Shown: positions 14,867 to 29,082, counted from the stretch's first letter. The stretch is 64,000 nt of DNA from Lytechinus pictus (GCF_037042905.1 NC_087249.1:9054001-9118000); one strand, 5' to 3'. Program-made: numbers and translations. Notes: generated by a model not told the origin, from the letters alone.

Positions 14867-15916
14867 CTGGTGTGCCTCCATTGTGATGTGAAGCCTTGGG
14901 ATCGATTCCTTTTTGATGCATTTGGAGTTACATTTAAAGATTAGGAAGAGAAAACAATTTGAGCTGTGTACAGTAGTGGAAACCATGCCTCATCCTCCCC
15001 ATTGAAAGAACCTGTTTTTGCCATCAGATGATATTTCGTTAGGATTGATGTATGTTTATGACTTGCAGCAGTGTTATTGAAACTCAAATGTCAACAGACT
15101 ATCATCAATATTGAAGAGAGCGTGGATGGGGAGGATGGGTCATATCCGATCTCCAATCATAATGAAGCGGGAGCCACAAATAGAGATTCCCCCTTTTTCC
15201 CTCACATCTCCCTTGCGTAAATTGCTCTGGGAGCTGGATACAGGTATAATTGGGAAGCACAGGAAGCAGTGTCTCGGTTCCATAAGAGTGCGTGGTTTTG
15301 TGTTGGGTAGGGGCTCGCCTAATAAAATTGCAACACTGTCCCTGGGGAAGTCAGCGTGCGAAGTTAGCCTTGGCGAGGTTGGCTTTTATAGTCAAAAGGC
15401 AATGCAGCGTTGTTTCATTGTAGCCTTCTCTGGAATGATTTCCACCAGTTTTCCTGCGCTCTGTTTTCTATGTAGATAAGGGATCGTGTTTCTGGCTGGC
15501 TATTAAAACATCCAGAGTGCGATGACTTTTTTTGTGCAATTATGGGCTCTTTCACAGTAGAATAAACAAGTATTATAGTAATGGCAGTTAGCAGGAAATT
15601 GATGTGGTAATGCAAGCATGTACTATTGGTTCTCAAGTGTAAATGGACATGGTAGAGGCGATTTGTGAGATTGTTAGGCTTCTGACATATCTAGAGAGGG
15701 ATTATTCTGAATACTATCCTATCAAGTTAAAATTTCACCACACTTCAATCTTTGTGCATTTTCAAGTACATGTTATTCTTTTTTTTACAGCTGAATATAT
15801 AAATGATTTTATTTATGATTTGCAGTAAATATTACTTTTTCTTATATTTTGCAGTCAAATCTAGGAAAACACTTTGTTAATTTCTTGTTTTTCATTTTGT
15901 CTTTCCTTTGTATTAG

Positions 15917-18900
15917 ATTCAACATGCAAGAATAGATCCAGGGACTGTACCTGGACACGTCACCGCCACCCACAACAACAACAACAACTCACTAGACAAA
16001 GACACATCTCATCAGGATAGCAACACCGGAAACACTGCCCCATGCCACCAGATCAAGAAAGATACAATGGAGAGCTGCGTGGGACTACAGCTTCAGTTTG
16101 ACCATAGTCATCCTGCCCACGGAGATGGCCCAGTACAGGTGTCCCTGGCAGATGTCGATGCTGTCGTCAATGCTGATGTTGGTACAAGTGCCCCAAACGA
16201 TCTCTCGCTCACACAGTGTCAAGGGGTCATGGTCCAGGCAGGAGGCAACGAAGAGACCAACAATTCCCTCTTGCAGGAAGTTGATGACAACCTCCTGCAG
16301 GCCCTTGTCAACTCAGGTGCAACGGAACAGCTGGAGATGGAATCCTTAGCTCATCAACTTATGAATGATTCCATTGAGTTTTCGGAAGCAGAGATCCAGC
16401 AACATTTGCAGACGGATACTATTAATGTGGATTACTGCAAACAACTTACCAATGGCCCAGCTGTCAACAATATGGGTGTCATGGGGATGCCACCTGTAGC
16501 TATGGTGTCGCAGTCATTGACATCCCAGACCCCTGGTGGGATGGTTTCCCAGCCTTCTTTGATGGGGTCCAATCAGCATCAACCACAGCACCAGCAGCAA
16601 GTACCTATGCCTATGAAACATAATCACACAAATCAACCTGACAATGTGCAGGTAACTTCAAATTCATATGCTATGGACACCAGCATGATGATAGAATCAG
16701 TTCTTGAAGTGCGTGAAGGGGAGGATGCCACCACAGCTTTAGTGGCGCCCCCTCCTCAACATCCAGGCTTTGGATACCAGTCTTATGCGCATAATTTTGG
16801 AGCAGATGCACTTGTGAGTGAAAAGGAATCTGATAATACACCTAATGTAACTAGTGATGAGCAAGACCAGGACCTGTTTGCCAAAAAGGTGTGCCAAATG
16901 CAACAAGGTCATGGATCAGAATATACTGTCGCGACAGGGTATAGTCCTAAATATAAGCAGGTCTATCAGCATCAAGGACAGCTCAGCCAGCAACAAAGTC
17001 CAAAGGCTGGCACAAAGGCTAAAAAGTCCAAGAGCCCAACTCAGTATCCCACTCAGCCAGTCACCAGTGATTCCACACTGTCAAGTCCGTCATCAACAAA
17101 TAAAGGAATGCTCACTAAGAACCACTTGGTCTCAAAGACAAAGGAGGTTATGAAAACCTCTAAAGCAAGGACAAAAGATAAACATGTGACATCCACAAAG
17201 AAGTCTGAAGTAAGTCACAAAAAGTCGCCAAAACATAGTGTAAAAGTTGTATCATCTCCGAAAGTTCAAGGTTGTAAACTGAAACATAAAGAACACAAAG
17301 GACACAAAGTGACAAAGTCACCATCGATATCTCCAGTGTTGTCAGAGGGCAGCAGCAAATCGACAAAGAAGATCATTAAGAAAGTTAGTTTGTCCCCTCA
17401 TCGGTTTGTCCCCCCATCGTTAAGTTCATCCGATGATGAAACGAGTAATGTACTAGAATGCAAAAGCAAAGGCAGTGCTCAAAAGACAAAGAAATCAAAG
17501 ATGAAACTTTCAGTATCACCCAATGACCAGTCTAAGACAAAGAAAACAAAAAAGAGGGACACCAAAGTGAAAACAAAGAAAAAATCCAAGTCTATGAGCC
17601 CTTCGTCATCGAAGTTGGGCTCAAAGAGTGTAAACAGTACTCCTAAGCTAAAAAAGAAATCTCTGAAATCAAGTCCAAGTGGATCGTCGTCATCATCATC
17701 ATCACCATCTTCATCATGCCATAGTGAGAAGTCATGTAGTAGTAACAGTTCAAGTCCCATCTCTTCAAAAAGTGGAAAGTTAAAGAAGAAGAAGGTTAAG
17801 AAATTACACAAAAGTGGTGAGGATAGTCCTAAAAGAGTCGGCATTTTGAGCAGTAGTGGCTCTGGAAAAATAGTTCGAAAAAAGAAGAAGCTAAAAACAA
17901 AGGTCTTGAATTCAGACAGTGTCCATTCTTTGATCAAGAGTGGCAGATTGTCACCCACTATGGCAGCTTCTGTCCTTATGAACAATATAGACAGTGATGA
18001 TGACAATAGAGATGTTGGATATGACAGCAGTACACAAAAATCACTTAATGGGAAAAATAGAAAGATTGCCCATCTGCCCAAGCTCTCAGTAACCTTACCA
18101 ACAAGTAGTCTTTCTCATCCAGAACTTTTGCTGAAGACAGTGCCAAAGACCAAAAAGACAACCAACAAGAAAGTAAAACAAAGTCAGTCACCGTCACCTC
18201 CTGTAAAGGGTGATAAAGTTGTGAAAAAGACAAAAAAGATTAAAAGTAAGAACTCAGTGAAGAAGAATTTATTAGAAGAATCTAAGACTTTGAGCCCAAC
18301 GACCCCACTTCACATTGACATTCCTGATTCTGAGCATACCTTTACCCCCATCACTAAACCAGCATTTTCTAATGACAGCATTTCTAATTCACACAAAAAG
18401 GCCAAAACAAGGAAAGTTGGAAGACCAAAGAAAAATGCACCGCCCTCTAGATCTGAAGATCATGGAAAATCCTCTCATAACAAAAAAGATACACATGTGT
18501 TCACTGAGCCAGATCACTCTTCTGCCATTGGCTTAGGGAAAGGAAAGAAAGTGAGTGAGAATGGACCGGCAGAAGGACAATCAAAGCATAAAGAGCAGAC
18601 CCCTTCCCCACAAAGTGCCACAACTTGTGTCAGTGAGGAAACCCTCTTTAGTGACAGTGGCATAGGTACTGATAACAATAGCAATCCTGATCAACAATTA
18701 AGTGACAAACACAAACAAATACTATCTGTCCCACCCACAAATGAAACTGAAATACCCACCGAGGTTTTGGAATCACATCCTCTAGCCACTTCAGATCATG
18801 GACTTTATGGTTTTGGGAAGCGGGAAAAACATAGAAAATTGAAACATGCTCAATGGCAGTACTTGAATCTGCATTGCAAGAAGAGAAGGAAAAGATACCA

Positions 18901-21618
18901 CATGTCACGTATGCTTGGCCGTGTTAGTCCAACCTTCCTATTTGAGATGGATTCTTTAGCAATGACGATGGCCGAACTTTCCCTTATAAGTGTTCCACAG
19001 AGTCCGCACCCCGCAAACCTTGCAAAGAAACCTGTAGAAAACTATCTTACTTCTGTTGCCAAAATGAACACTACATACAACTCCTATCCTCTGAGACCGT
19101 CATACCTGGCTACTGCCTTGAGGTATAAGAAGCTCTATCTCTGGAACAAACTCCGGAAGAAGAAGAGGCGGGAGCGTGAGAAGAATCTCTGCCAAGGTGA
19201 GACAGATGAATCATCATACTATGTAGACTCTTGTGATTCTGAACCTGTTTTTGGTATGTTTGATCAAAGCACGGGTAGTTCGGCAGCCAGAAAAGCACCA
19301 ATATCATTTGCCATGGCCAAATCACCTTGCACAAGCATGTCACAGGTCAATAGAGGGCATGAAAGGACAACCATAGCTCAGATACCCTTGAGAGATGGAT
19401 TGACGCCGATCCTTGATCATGGCAAACTGAACAGTTTGTCAGTCACTGATTTTCAGATCCCAAAGAGTGTACCTACTCCAAAGAAAGGAAGAAAGAAACA
19501 AATCCCTGAGTCATTGCCTGTCCAAGTGAGTTTGGCCAAAGCAAAAGTTGTGAAGAAAAAGAGTCCAGGAAGGCCCAGGGGGAGGCCAAGGAAAGTACCA
19601 ATTGTTGCCTCGGAAGTTGTTGACAATCCACCTGCATTAGTGTTTCCCACTCTTTCAGCTCCTAATCAGACACTGGCCCTCCAGGTGTCAGACAACCCTT
19701 TTCCAACAGTACAGGTGCCAGACCAACAACCCCTTCCATCAGTGCAGGTGTCTGGTCAACTTCCTCAACCAAAGCGAAGAGGTCGTCCACCTAAAAAACT
19801 TCTCGATATGCCAAATACTTTGCCAGTAAAACTGCCCCAGCCAAAGGGCACTACAGGTAGGAAGCGAAAAATCCAAAGTACTATCGATCCTGATACATTG
19901 ATCTTTGATTCTGCAAACAGTACTATTTGTGATGATCACATTATGCCATCAATAACGACAGGTGGTGTCATTAATGATAGGACAACTGAAATTTGCCATG
20001 TGGACCACCTTGCATCAGACAATTCAATCAACATTGCAGAAAAGGTCACTAAACAACCTAACAAGATACCAAAGAGGAGAGGCCGCCCTCCTGGAAAATC
20101 AAAGGCATCAAATGACATAAAACAGCAGAATGTGGTGGACAAACCAGTGCAAATAGAAACTGTTGCTTGTGCAGAGAAAGAGTCTTTCATTCAGAGTGTC
20201 ACTATTGCCAAAAGAAAACGCAGAAAACGAGGACCTAAAAAGGGTTGGAAGAAACTACTATTGACCGCAAAAACAGTTGCAGAAACTACAAAGGACAGTA
20301 TTGGAAGTGAAACAGCAAGTATTGATAATTTAACTGATTTGGCTCTCCAAAGTAAGTCTAGGACAGAAACATCTCTCGAAGTACCAAATTCACCTGTTCA
20401 AATGGTGGAAAGTGCCTCTAATTCTTTCATTACTTCTCCCCAAGAAGCTGTAGACCTTGCTTCACCTGAAAATAGGTTGGGTGAAGGAACGCCAACCAAA
20501 GTCCCAGCAACAAAAGGGACATCTAGAAAAACAGTCCCTGCCAAAGTGGTGGCTTCAAACAAGAAGGTGCCAAATAAGGGAGTTTCATCAAAAGGAGATT
20601 CACCAAAAGATGAAAAGACCAAAGCATTATCAACAAAAACAAAGAACAAAGTTATTCCATCCAAATCAGATTCAAATAGGACTGGACCAGTCAAAAAATC
20701 AAAACATTCAGGCAAATCAACACAACCACCTATACCTGAATCAACAGACATCTCACCTGAAACTTCCCCCAAGGTCTCTCCTAAGATGTCCCCTAAGAAA
20801 TTGAAATTGTCTCCCAAAAAACTGAGATTACTTGAAAAGAAAAAATCAAAGAGAGTCATTGGTGGAAGGGTGAAAAAATCAAAGGAACGAACTAACAGAA
20901 AACTGAATGTTGAAAACCTTGAAGAACTACCCGATGAAGAGCCTTTGTCTTCTCTCGTTACGGGCAAAATGTCATTGATAACCGGCCTGTCACAGCAGAC
21001 TTTGCCTGCTGCTTGTTCTACCAGTAAAAAAGCTTCCAAATTAGCAGAACCTTTAGATGCGCAGCCCTCAGAATCTGCGATCGTGCCAGTTGATTCCAAA
21101 ACTAAGAAGTCATCTGACATGAAAGATGGTTCTGTAGCACCTAAAGGAACAGTGAACAGTGCAAAACCTGATGTTGTTTCACATGAGGGAAGTACAGCAG
21201 ATGCCAAAGATATTGCCAAGGAATCTTCATCGGTTTCATCTGCAGTGGAGAGTACATCCACCCCAGAGCCTCACACCATTTCCTCACCACCCTCTGCCTC
21301 AGCTTCCACCACCAAACCCATACCCTCTAAGTCCATTCCATCTACCCCCGTTGCCCCATCCTCTGCCCCTGTTTCTCCCCCACCCGTTCCAGTCGCAATG
21401 TCTGAAAGTTCCAAACTCCAGGCAGCATCACTGCCGAAGGCTTATGTCAGGGTGAAGAAGACATCTCAACAGGTACTGAAGGTCGCCAAGAAGAAGGTTC
21501 CAGAGACTGCTGTGGCGAAAGCAACATCTCCAGTGCTGGATGAGTCATCCATCCCCCTCAAAAAGAGGAAACTGATGAAGGAGCCCCCTCCTCAGCTGAC
21601 AGAACAGGATCCTAAAGG
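15917..21618 (+). CDS. ASH1L: ASH1L giant coding exon (5702 nt): disordered Lys/Ser/Pro-rich region with AT-hooks
   Basis: 1851-aa ORF. Pyrimidine-rich acceptor ...ctttcctttgtattAG|15917 and frame open from 15917 to ATG 16067. Donor GG|GTGAGT after 21618 (phase 2). AT-hook GRP motifs (KVGRPKK, PGRPRGRPRK, KRRGRPPKK, KRRGRPPGK) and the ASH1L-type motif SEETLFSDSGIGTDNNS. Confidence 0.93.
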
Positions 21619-22427
21619 GTGAGTCCTTTGTGATGATACAAATTTCTATTAACACTTGCTATTGTTCTAGAAAAAATATTCTTATTATTGACCAACAGGA
21701 CAAGTGGACTTCAGCTCTTCAATCTGAGAACATCTGGAACAAGGTATTAAGGGTTGACAAATAGAAGGCCTTAACTGAAAATGGTGAATCACATCCAATG
21801 ATATGAACTGAAGTGTTATCTTGCTTTATTGGCGATAGGAAATAGAAATGAATTTAGGCCTTATTGTTTTAAAATATGAATGATAATATTCCATGACACT
21901 CATCACATCAAAAACGACAAAGCTTAGCACTTTACACATATATTTTTATCCTGGTAACTGGAATCCGGTTTAGTTGCATACAGTGTATGTGGAAACACTG
22001 CTAAAATAATAAGATGTTACTGATTATTTTGGCACTGAACTATAAAAATGGCTCTTTTCTGTCAACTCTTGATATCTCGTTATATTTCATTTTCCCTTCA
22101 CATCTTTTCAAATAAAATTTGTCTGCATTAGTACACCTCTACAAAGTTCCTAAAAGTTTTCCATAACATTGGTATGTATGAAGTGATATTTTTCAACATG
22201 CTACTGCTTTTTCTGTAAACTTTTACATATACAACACTGGCATTTTCATATCAACATGGCTGAAAGTTTTTCAAAATATTAGCAAAAATATATTTAGATA
22301 TTTCAACATTATTTTTTTGACTTAGCATACAGTGCTGGAAATAAGGTTTGACATAAAGTGATCTTGAGTGAAGAATGTAATTTTTTTCTTCAACAACTGT
22401 ACATTCAATACAGTAAGTCAATGATGT

Positions 22428-22815
22428 GGTTTATTTCGGATTGGTCTAATGCCAGTTGGTCCAAATCCCAACTTGTCTACTATCATTTGGTCTATCATCA
22501 GTTCATCCACTTTCTTCATGTTCTAATTACCATTTCATCTAATAACCAGTTGGTCCAATAGCCATTTAGTCCATATACCATTTGGTCTAATTGGACTAAG
22601 TGTTAATTGTGGGAAATGAATGGAAAGAAAATGGGTATTAGACCAACTGTTTATAAGATAAAATGGTCATAAGACGAACTGGTGATTAGATGAAGTGATT
22701 ATTGGACCAAATGGCTGATAGACGAAATGTTGATGGATGGAATGACATTAGACTAAATGAAGGTAGACCATGTGATGAATGGACGAGTTGGCAATAGACG
22801 AATCGGCAGTTTACC
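22428..22815. mobile_element. Foldback MITE with internal short subrepeats and 8-bp TSD (Merlin-like; superfamily uncertain)
   Basis: TSD AATGATGT at 22420-22427 and 22816-22823. GG...CC termini. The left half carries ttggtcta/ttggtcca repeats and the right half their inverses (tagaccaa/tagacgaa). Confidence 0.8.
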
Positions 22816-23456
22816 AATGATGTGACTTGATGAAGATTTGAAGAAACAAAAATTTTGTTTTCCAATCACCTTTTTTTTCTAAATTCAATATGTATGAACC
22901 AATGTCAATATATTGGTCAGCTTAAAATCGCTAACCATGCAAATTCTGAAAAGTTTCAATGGTATTCATTTTCTATTAGTGCTGGATGAATCATCACGAT
23001 ATTCAATCTACATGTGGGGTTTTTGGTTTCATAAAAGACAGTGTACCTGTTATCTTCCTTGAGGTGAACATCTAAGAAAACACACCAATGTGCATGTGTG
23101 GGACTACACTGGAAGCCAATATTGTATTCCCTAGTCTTTCATCATATTACAACACATGGCATACATCTTGTTGGGGTAGTTTGGTGACCAAAATCTTATG
23201 TTTATGGTTCTTTTGTAATTTCTGAAGGTTTCCATGGCAAAGAAGAAAAGTGTAGTAGGTTTCACGGAAAACCATGTATGGTTCTGTTTACGCCAGTACT
23301 TCAGAATGGTGTGATCATAAGATTTACACTGATAGATCATGGATATCAATGATTATTTTAGTTTATACCTCGGTTGAAATATTCATAACCTCCAACCCCT
23401 AAATGCAAATTTTATTACATTCTGACAATGCTAAACTGATATTGATAATCAGTATA

Positions 23457-23720
23457 GGTGTTGTGGCTCAGTGGATAAGTCTCTGGACTTTGAACACAAG
23501 GTCCAAGGTTCAAATCCCATGTACCGCAGCACTCGCGTCCTTTGGCAAGGTGTTTATCTACATTTGCCACTCTCCACCCAGGTGTAGTAAATGGGTACCC
23601 GGTAGGAAGGAATTCCTTGAATGCTCGAGCGTCCGATCAGGATAGCTGTGCTAAAGCCGGGGTAATAGTATGCAGTGCTTAGAAACATTTGAAATGCTAT
23701 ATAAATGTTGCTTATTATTA
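23457..23720 (+). mobile_element. tRNA-derived SINE
   Basis: A box TGGCTCAGTGG, B box GGTTCAAATCC, core acccaggtg...aaatgggtaccc, (TTA)n tail. Confidence 0.85.
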
Positions 23721-24728
23721 ATAGGAATCATTCAATATTTTCTTCATAATTCTGAGGGGGTGGCATTGCTTGAGAATATTCTACAAGTTCAATTTTCCAA
23801 CATGTGGTTGTATACAGACATTTCCACCAATTTCTTTTCCACATGAAGGAAATGTCTTTCTGTTATTAATTCACCCTGAATTTTTATTTTTTTTCACCAA
23901 ACTAACTTTCAGAAGGATGTTGAAATAATCCCCTCCTAGGCTACAAGGTTAAAGAAATTTGGGGAAAATAATATTGCTCCTTTTCCTCTTCCTTCGCATT
24001 CTTGCCTTTCTTCTCCGCTCCCGGCTTGTTGTTATTATTTTCTCCAACTTTATGTGTACATATTGGCTTGTGTTTGATTTGCGCGGTTTAGATTTCATTC
24101 CCCCCTAGGTTTAGATTCTTGGATTTAAAATGATCGAGAGGGAAATACAAAGCTCCATCTCGGAGAGAAAATCGCTCTCTCTTATTTCTCCCCAGCGGGG
24201 GATTCTCACCATTTTGACATTACATGGATGATTTTTTTTTTATCTTGGCGATTCGCTTTTCAACACTTGCAAAGTTCATTGCCTGACAAAAGAGGTGTGA
24301 TGTTTTTATTGGACTGATTTGAATACAAAGGCCAAGGAATTAAGAGTGCAAAAAGGGAACTAGGTGGGGGAATTCCTAATGTAATTTACTTGTAATTCAA
24401 AAGTAATCCAACACACATGCATTCAATAGGATGGGACTGTATGGATGTGTTGACACATGACAAATCACTCTTTAGTTCTCTTGATTAATGTGAGAAATAG
24501 ACATGAATTCCAAAACTTTCATTATGCCAATGCTTTAGGATGTCTTTAATATCAGCTTTTTAACGTATCTACCCTAAATCTAAACTTTAATGTCAGTATG
24601 TCAGCAAGACTTTACAAGAATTTTATTTGAAATGCTCAGCTAATTGGTTCATTTATTTGGAACCAACCGGCTTTCCATCTGAATAGACTTGTCTGTATGT
24701 TTATATTATGAGGGCACATTACCTTTAA

Positions 24729-25157
24729 AGGACAAGTTCATCCGAACAAAAAGTTGATTTAAATAAAAAGAGAAAAATCAAACAAGCATAACACTGAAAA
24801 TTTCATCAAAATTGGATGTAAAATAAGAAAATTATGACTTTTTTAAAGTTTCGCTTTCACAAAACAATATATGTCTTTTGTATTTCATTATTTGAAATAT
24901 GAAATATTCTAATTTCTCCTCATTGTATAATTTAAACAATAAAAAAACAAAAGAAATAGTGAGTGAGGGACATTATCGACTGTCTCATTTGCATGTAACT
25001 GACTTGTGCATATCACTGTTTTGTGAAAAATAAGCAAAACTATAAAATGTCATAACTTTCTTATTTTAAGTCCGATTTTGAAGAAAATTTCAGTTATGCT
25101 AGTTTGATTTTTCTCTATTTTTTTCAATTCAACATTTTTCTCGGGTGGACCTGACCT
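24729..25157. mobile_element. Kolobok-like MITE, family A (internally deleted)
   Basis: TTAA|AGGACAAG...CTGACCT|TTAG with long TIRs shared with the copies at 25701, 38721 and 59077. Confidence 0.8.
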
Positions 25158-25177
25158 TTAGATATCTACGTATCATG

Positions 25178-25469
25178 TAATAATAGTAATAGTCAGTTCT
25201 TGTATAGCGCATAACACATTATGAATAACGTCTCTATGCGCTTCCAAATGACTTGGATATTATTACCCTGGCTGTAGCTCAAGCAGCTTTTACGCACTCG
25301 TCATTTCAAGGAATATATTCCTGCCAGGGACCCATTCACCTCACCTGGGTTGAGTGCAGCACAATGTGGATTAATTTCTTGCTGAAGGAAACTATGCCAT
25401 GGCTGGGATTTGAACCCACGACCCTCTGTTTCAAAGTCCAGAGACTAATCCACTAGGCCACAACGCTCC
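25178..25469 (-). mobile_element. tRNA-derived SINE
   Basis: Reverse-complement B box (gggatttgaacc) and A box (ccactaggcca), shared core cacctgggttgagtgcagcacaatgtgg, (TAA)n tail. Confidence 0.85.
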
Positions 25470-25700
25470 ACATGTACTGTAGTGTTAGTTTAGAACTATG
25501 AAATAATAACATTTACATGTGTATAGCATGGTGTAAGCTAAGATTTTCCTTCTCGCTCAAGATCTTAAAAGAAAGTTTGAGGGAAAAACTTTGCAAAGAT
25601 GTTCAACCATACACAGCTGCCAAGTAGTACAAACGTTCCATAATAAGTACTGAAAAATGAGAAGAATACTGATGGTTTCATGAAAGTACCGATTTCTTAA

Positions 25701-26300
25701 AGGTAAAGTCCACCCCAGAAAAATGTTGATTTGAAGAAATAGAGAAAAATCTAACAAGCACAACACTGAAAACTTCATCAAAATTGGATGTAAAATAAGA
25801 AAGTTATGACATTTTAAAGTTTCGCATATTTTTCTCTAAACAGTTATATGCACAACTCAGTGATATGCAAATGCGAGAATCTATGATGTCCATCACTCAC
25901 TATTTCTTTTGTTTTTTATTGTTTGAATTATACAATATTTCAATTTATACAGAATTGACAATAATGTAAAACTTGACTGAACTACATAATGTTAAACAAT
26001 GTTAATTCCACAAGTTCAGGGAGGAACAAAGCTCGATTTCAAATGACATGGGTGAGAAAATCAGAATATTTCATATTTCAGATAATAAAATACAAAAGAA
26101 ATAGTGAGTGCGTGATGTCATCAGTCCCCTCATTTGCATACTGGCCGGGATGTGCATATAACTGTTGTGTGAAATTAAGCGAAACTTTAAAATGTCATTA
26201 CTTTCTTATTTTACATCCGATTTTGATGAAATTTTCAGTGTTATGATTGTTGGATTTTTCTCTTTTTATTCAAATCAAATTTTTGTCGGGGTGGACTTTC
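25701..26300. mobile_element. Kolobok-like MITE, family A
   Basis: TTAA|AGGTAAAGTCCACCCC...GGGGTGGACTTT with long imperfect TIRs; the right terminus is degraded. Confidence 0.8.
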
Positions 26301-26897
26301 AGTTTCAGTTTCAGTTTTCTGTGTTGTCATATGGTATTTCTTTGAAAATACTGATTTCCTCACCAAAATAATGGTTTTTAGCTTTAAAAATACTGAAATG
26401 TTCTAGTTCAGGTTGGTAGCTCTGCCAACATTTAATATGAAAAATGCCTTTTTTTTTTATGTATTTCCTTTTTTTTTGGGGGGGGGGGGGCTTGTTGAAA
26501 AAATGTGGACCTACCAGCTCAATTTTTTCGAAGTGAGATATTTCCCCCCTTTTTTGCTTATCAGAAAGTCTTGCAGAAATTGCCCTCCCCCTCCTCAAGT
26601 CGGAGAAGTACATGTATGTATCAAAAGTCGACCTTAATTGAGATTTGTGTGCCTCCTATTCAATAATATCTTTGATCATCCCATGAATGTGTCTAAATAC
26701 ATTGCGAAGTATACCCTGCTGTGGTAAAAGTGCTCTATTTCTTATCCAAACAATGTCATAAAAATCAGTCACTTCGAAACGAAATGAGAACTGAATTTAG
26801 TGGAAATGGCTTCCTTCAGGCAGCAGATAACCTTCTTGTTATTGTTCCTTGTGTTTGTTATCACGATAATGTTACTTGTTTAAAAGAAAAACACTTA

Positions 26898-27117
26898 GGG
26901 GGTCTTGCAAGAAAATATTTGCAATCAATCGCAAATATGCTGTTGCAGTTACACAATTGATTGATCAATTTTAACTATAGCAAATCAGATTACACTCCTT
27001 GTTTCATGGAGCAGGTTAGCAATCAATTGCAAATTGGAAATTTATTGCACAGCATATGCTTGATTTCGGGAACGAAAATAGACTTGCAATTGATCGCAAG
27101 TTTCTTGCAACGCCCCA
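26898..27117. mobile_element. MITE, PIF/Harbinger-like
   Basis: TTA|GGGGGTCTTGCAAGAAA...TTTCTTGCAACGCCCCA|TTA. Confidence 0.7.
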
Positions 27118-28696
27118 TTAGTCTGAATACCTACCTTCATATTTTCTTTGAAATATCCTTGTCTCTGTCTGGTTATAGATCCAAGTATAGCTTTCAAGAG
27201 TCGTTGAAATCCTTGCCATAATATTGATTTATTTTCATGTTTCTTTGTGTCCTTCCGGTTAGTTCATTGAACTATAGTTTTCTTCAAGTCTATTGAGCTT
27301 GGATTATTCAAATCTCCAAGTTTATCATCTTGATTCCTCATTTTAAGATATATCTGTAGTGTGCTACTTGCAATTAATAATATGTTTGGTGTTTTTTCTT
27401 GTCTGCTTCAAGATGATTACCGGTATTTCATCTTTTTATCACATACTAATGCAACATAAAAAAAACCTTGTAGCGACATGACATTTGTATTGTAACCTAA
27501 TCTCAGTATGAAATACTGAGAAAGACATTGATTACTCTTACTTTTTAGAATTTTTTTTTTTTCAATACGTTCATTCGAGATTAAAAGTGATTATAAGGTA
27601 AAAAATAGACAATGAAATATAATGCTGAGAAAGCTTATAAGAATGATGAAATGCCTTCAGTATACGAACAATAAAAACCACCAATCAATATACAGGATTA
27701 TAATATTTGAACAAGACCTTCCAAACCCTATAGGAGCATAAGATAATATGAGCCTTCAAATGAATCCCATGAAATTCCTTGGAATTGATATTACTTGCTT
27801 TGGTTTGATATAAAGGAAATATTATGCATCACTTATCCAAAGAAATAGCTTGCAATTCATGCATCCTGCTGCATATTTATGGAAGGAAAATAGTCTGCCC
27901 TTTTTTTTCTTCTCTTCTTTGCTATCATTTCCATCTTGAGTACTCTTAATTGAGGGGTGTGTATTTCTAAGTACGGAAATGCCTGCAAGGGCTTGCGGAT
28001 TCTCTTTCCGCCTCGATGGTCGATGGACCTTTCCTTCTCCACGGATAAGTCATATTCTCTTGCGACGAGACTTGAAATGGTCCGAGGCGTTGGTAAGGGA
28101 GAAAATAGCGCTTGATAGGATGCCGTGATTTAGTCGAAGTGTCGATATGACAGGCAATACTTACCGCATATTAGGCAGGCGTACGTCTCGTGGGGTACTT
28201 CATCACTGTCACATGACGTGATGTCTTCGTGGAAAAGTGACGGATAAATAGTGGCATCTGGGGAGGCTGATTGAATCAAGAATGACAAATTTGTCGGTGA
28301 AAAGTAGTTTGAAGTCATATTATCAGGATATTTGTATTTTTTTTATAGTTCATGTTTATCAATCAGGGTGAGAAGGAGAAGATATGGCAACTTTCATTGT
28401 GTCAGCATTTTTCTTTCTCATTTTCTGCGTCTGTGTCTCTTGGCTATGTCTGGCCTGGTCCTTTTCCCTCTTCTATTTCTTTCACCCTCTAAGCATTTTG
28501 TCTGTATTTCTATCTTTCTGTATTCATCTGTTTGGCTATCTCTTTCTGTCCATCCCCAGTTTCTCTCTCTCTCGTATCTCCATCTCTTATGTCTTACATT
28601 TTCTCTCACATATTTCTGTTGATATCTACATGTAAATTTCTATCAGACATTTTAATAGAATTCAAATTATTTAGAATTGTTTACAATTTGTTTTAA

Positions 28697-29082
28697 AGAT
28701 AAATGCCAGTTGTGGTAACGATATCAAAATGAGTTCGTAAAGAATCCAATGAAATGACCACCAACGGGTCTGTTTGTATAGATAAAAAATATGTGCCAAA
28801 GGATTCTGGAAGGAATTGTGTAATTGCTGAGAAATTAGCAAATAAGCACAGGATTCGGGTCAAGCGTGGGGCCGACATTCAAAGCAATAACAATACTCTG
28901 TCCCACGTGCGCTTATCTGTGTTGGTGATCTTCAGTGTGAACATTTTTCAGCGTAGATTTCACAAAGTTCAGTTTCTGAAACTGTACCAGATCTAGATCC
29001 TTGATGATATAGTGACAATTAAGCCTGGTTTTACAGACTTTCTCGTGAAATCAGTGTTTACTGCAACTACATTCATTTATCT
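28697..29082. mobile_element. Kolobok-like non-autonomous element with short TIRs
   Basis: TTAA|AGATAAATG...CATTTATCT|TTAA, with further TIR similarity (agttgtggtaa / ttactgcaact). Confidence 0.75.

Noticed and set aside
17479..21261. Long antisense ORFs (200 aa and 287 aa) within the giant exon, and those at 33947-35236
   Set aside because: They are shadows of a biased coding strand and show no recognisable domain.
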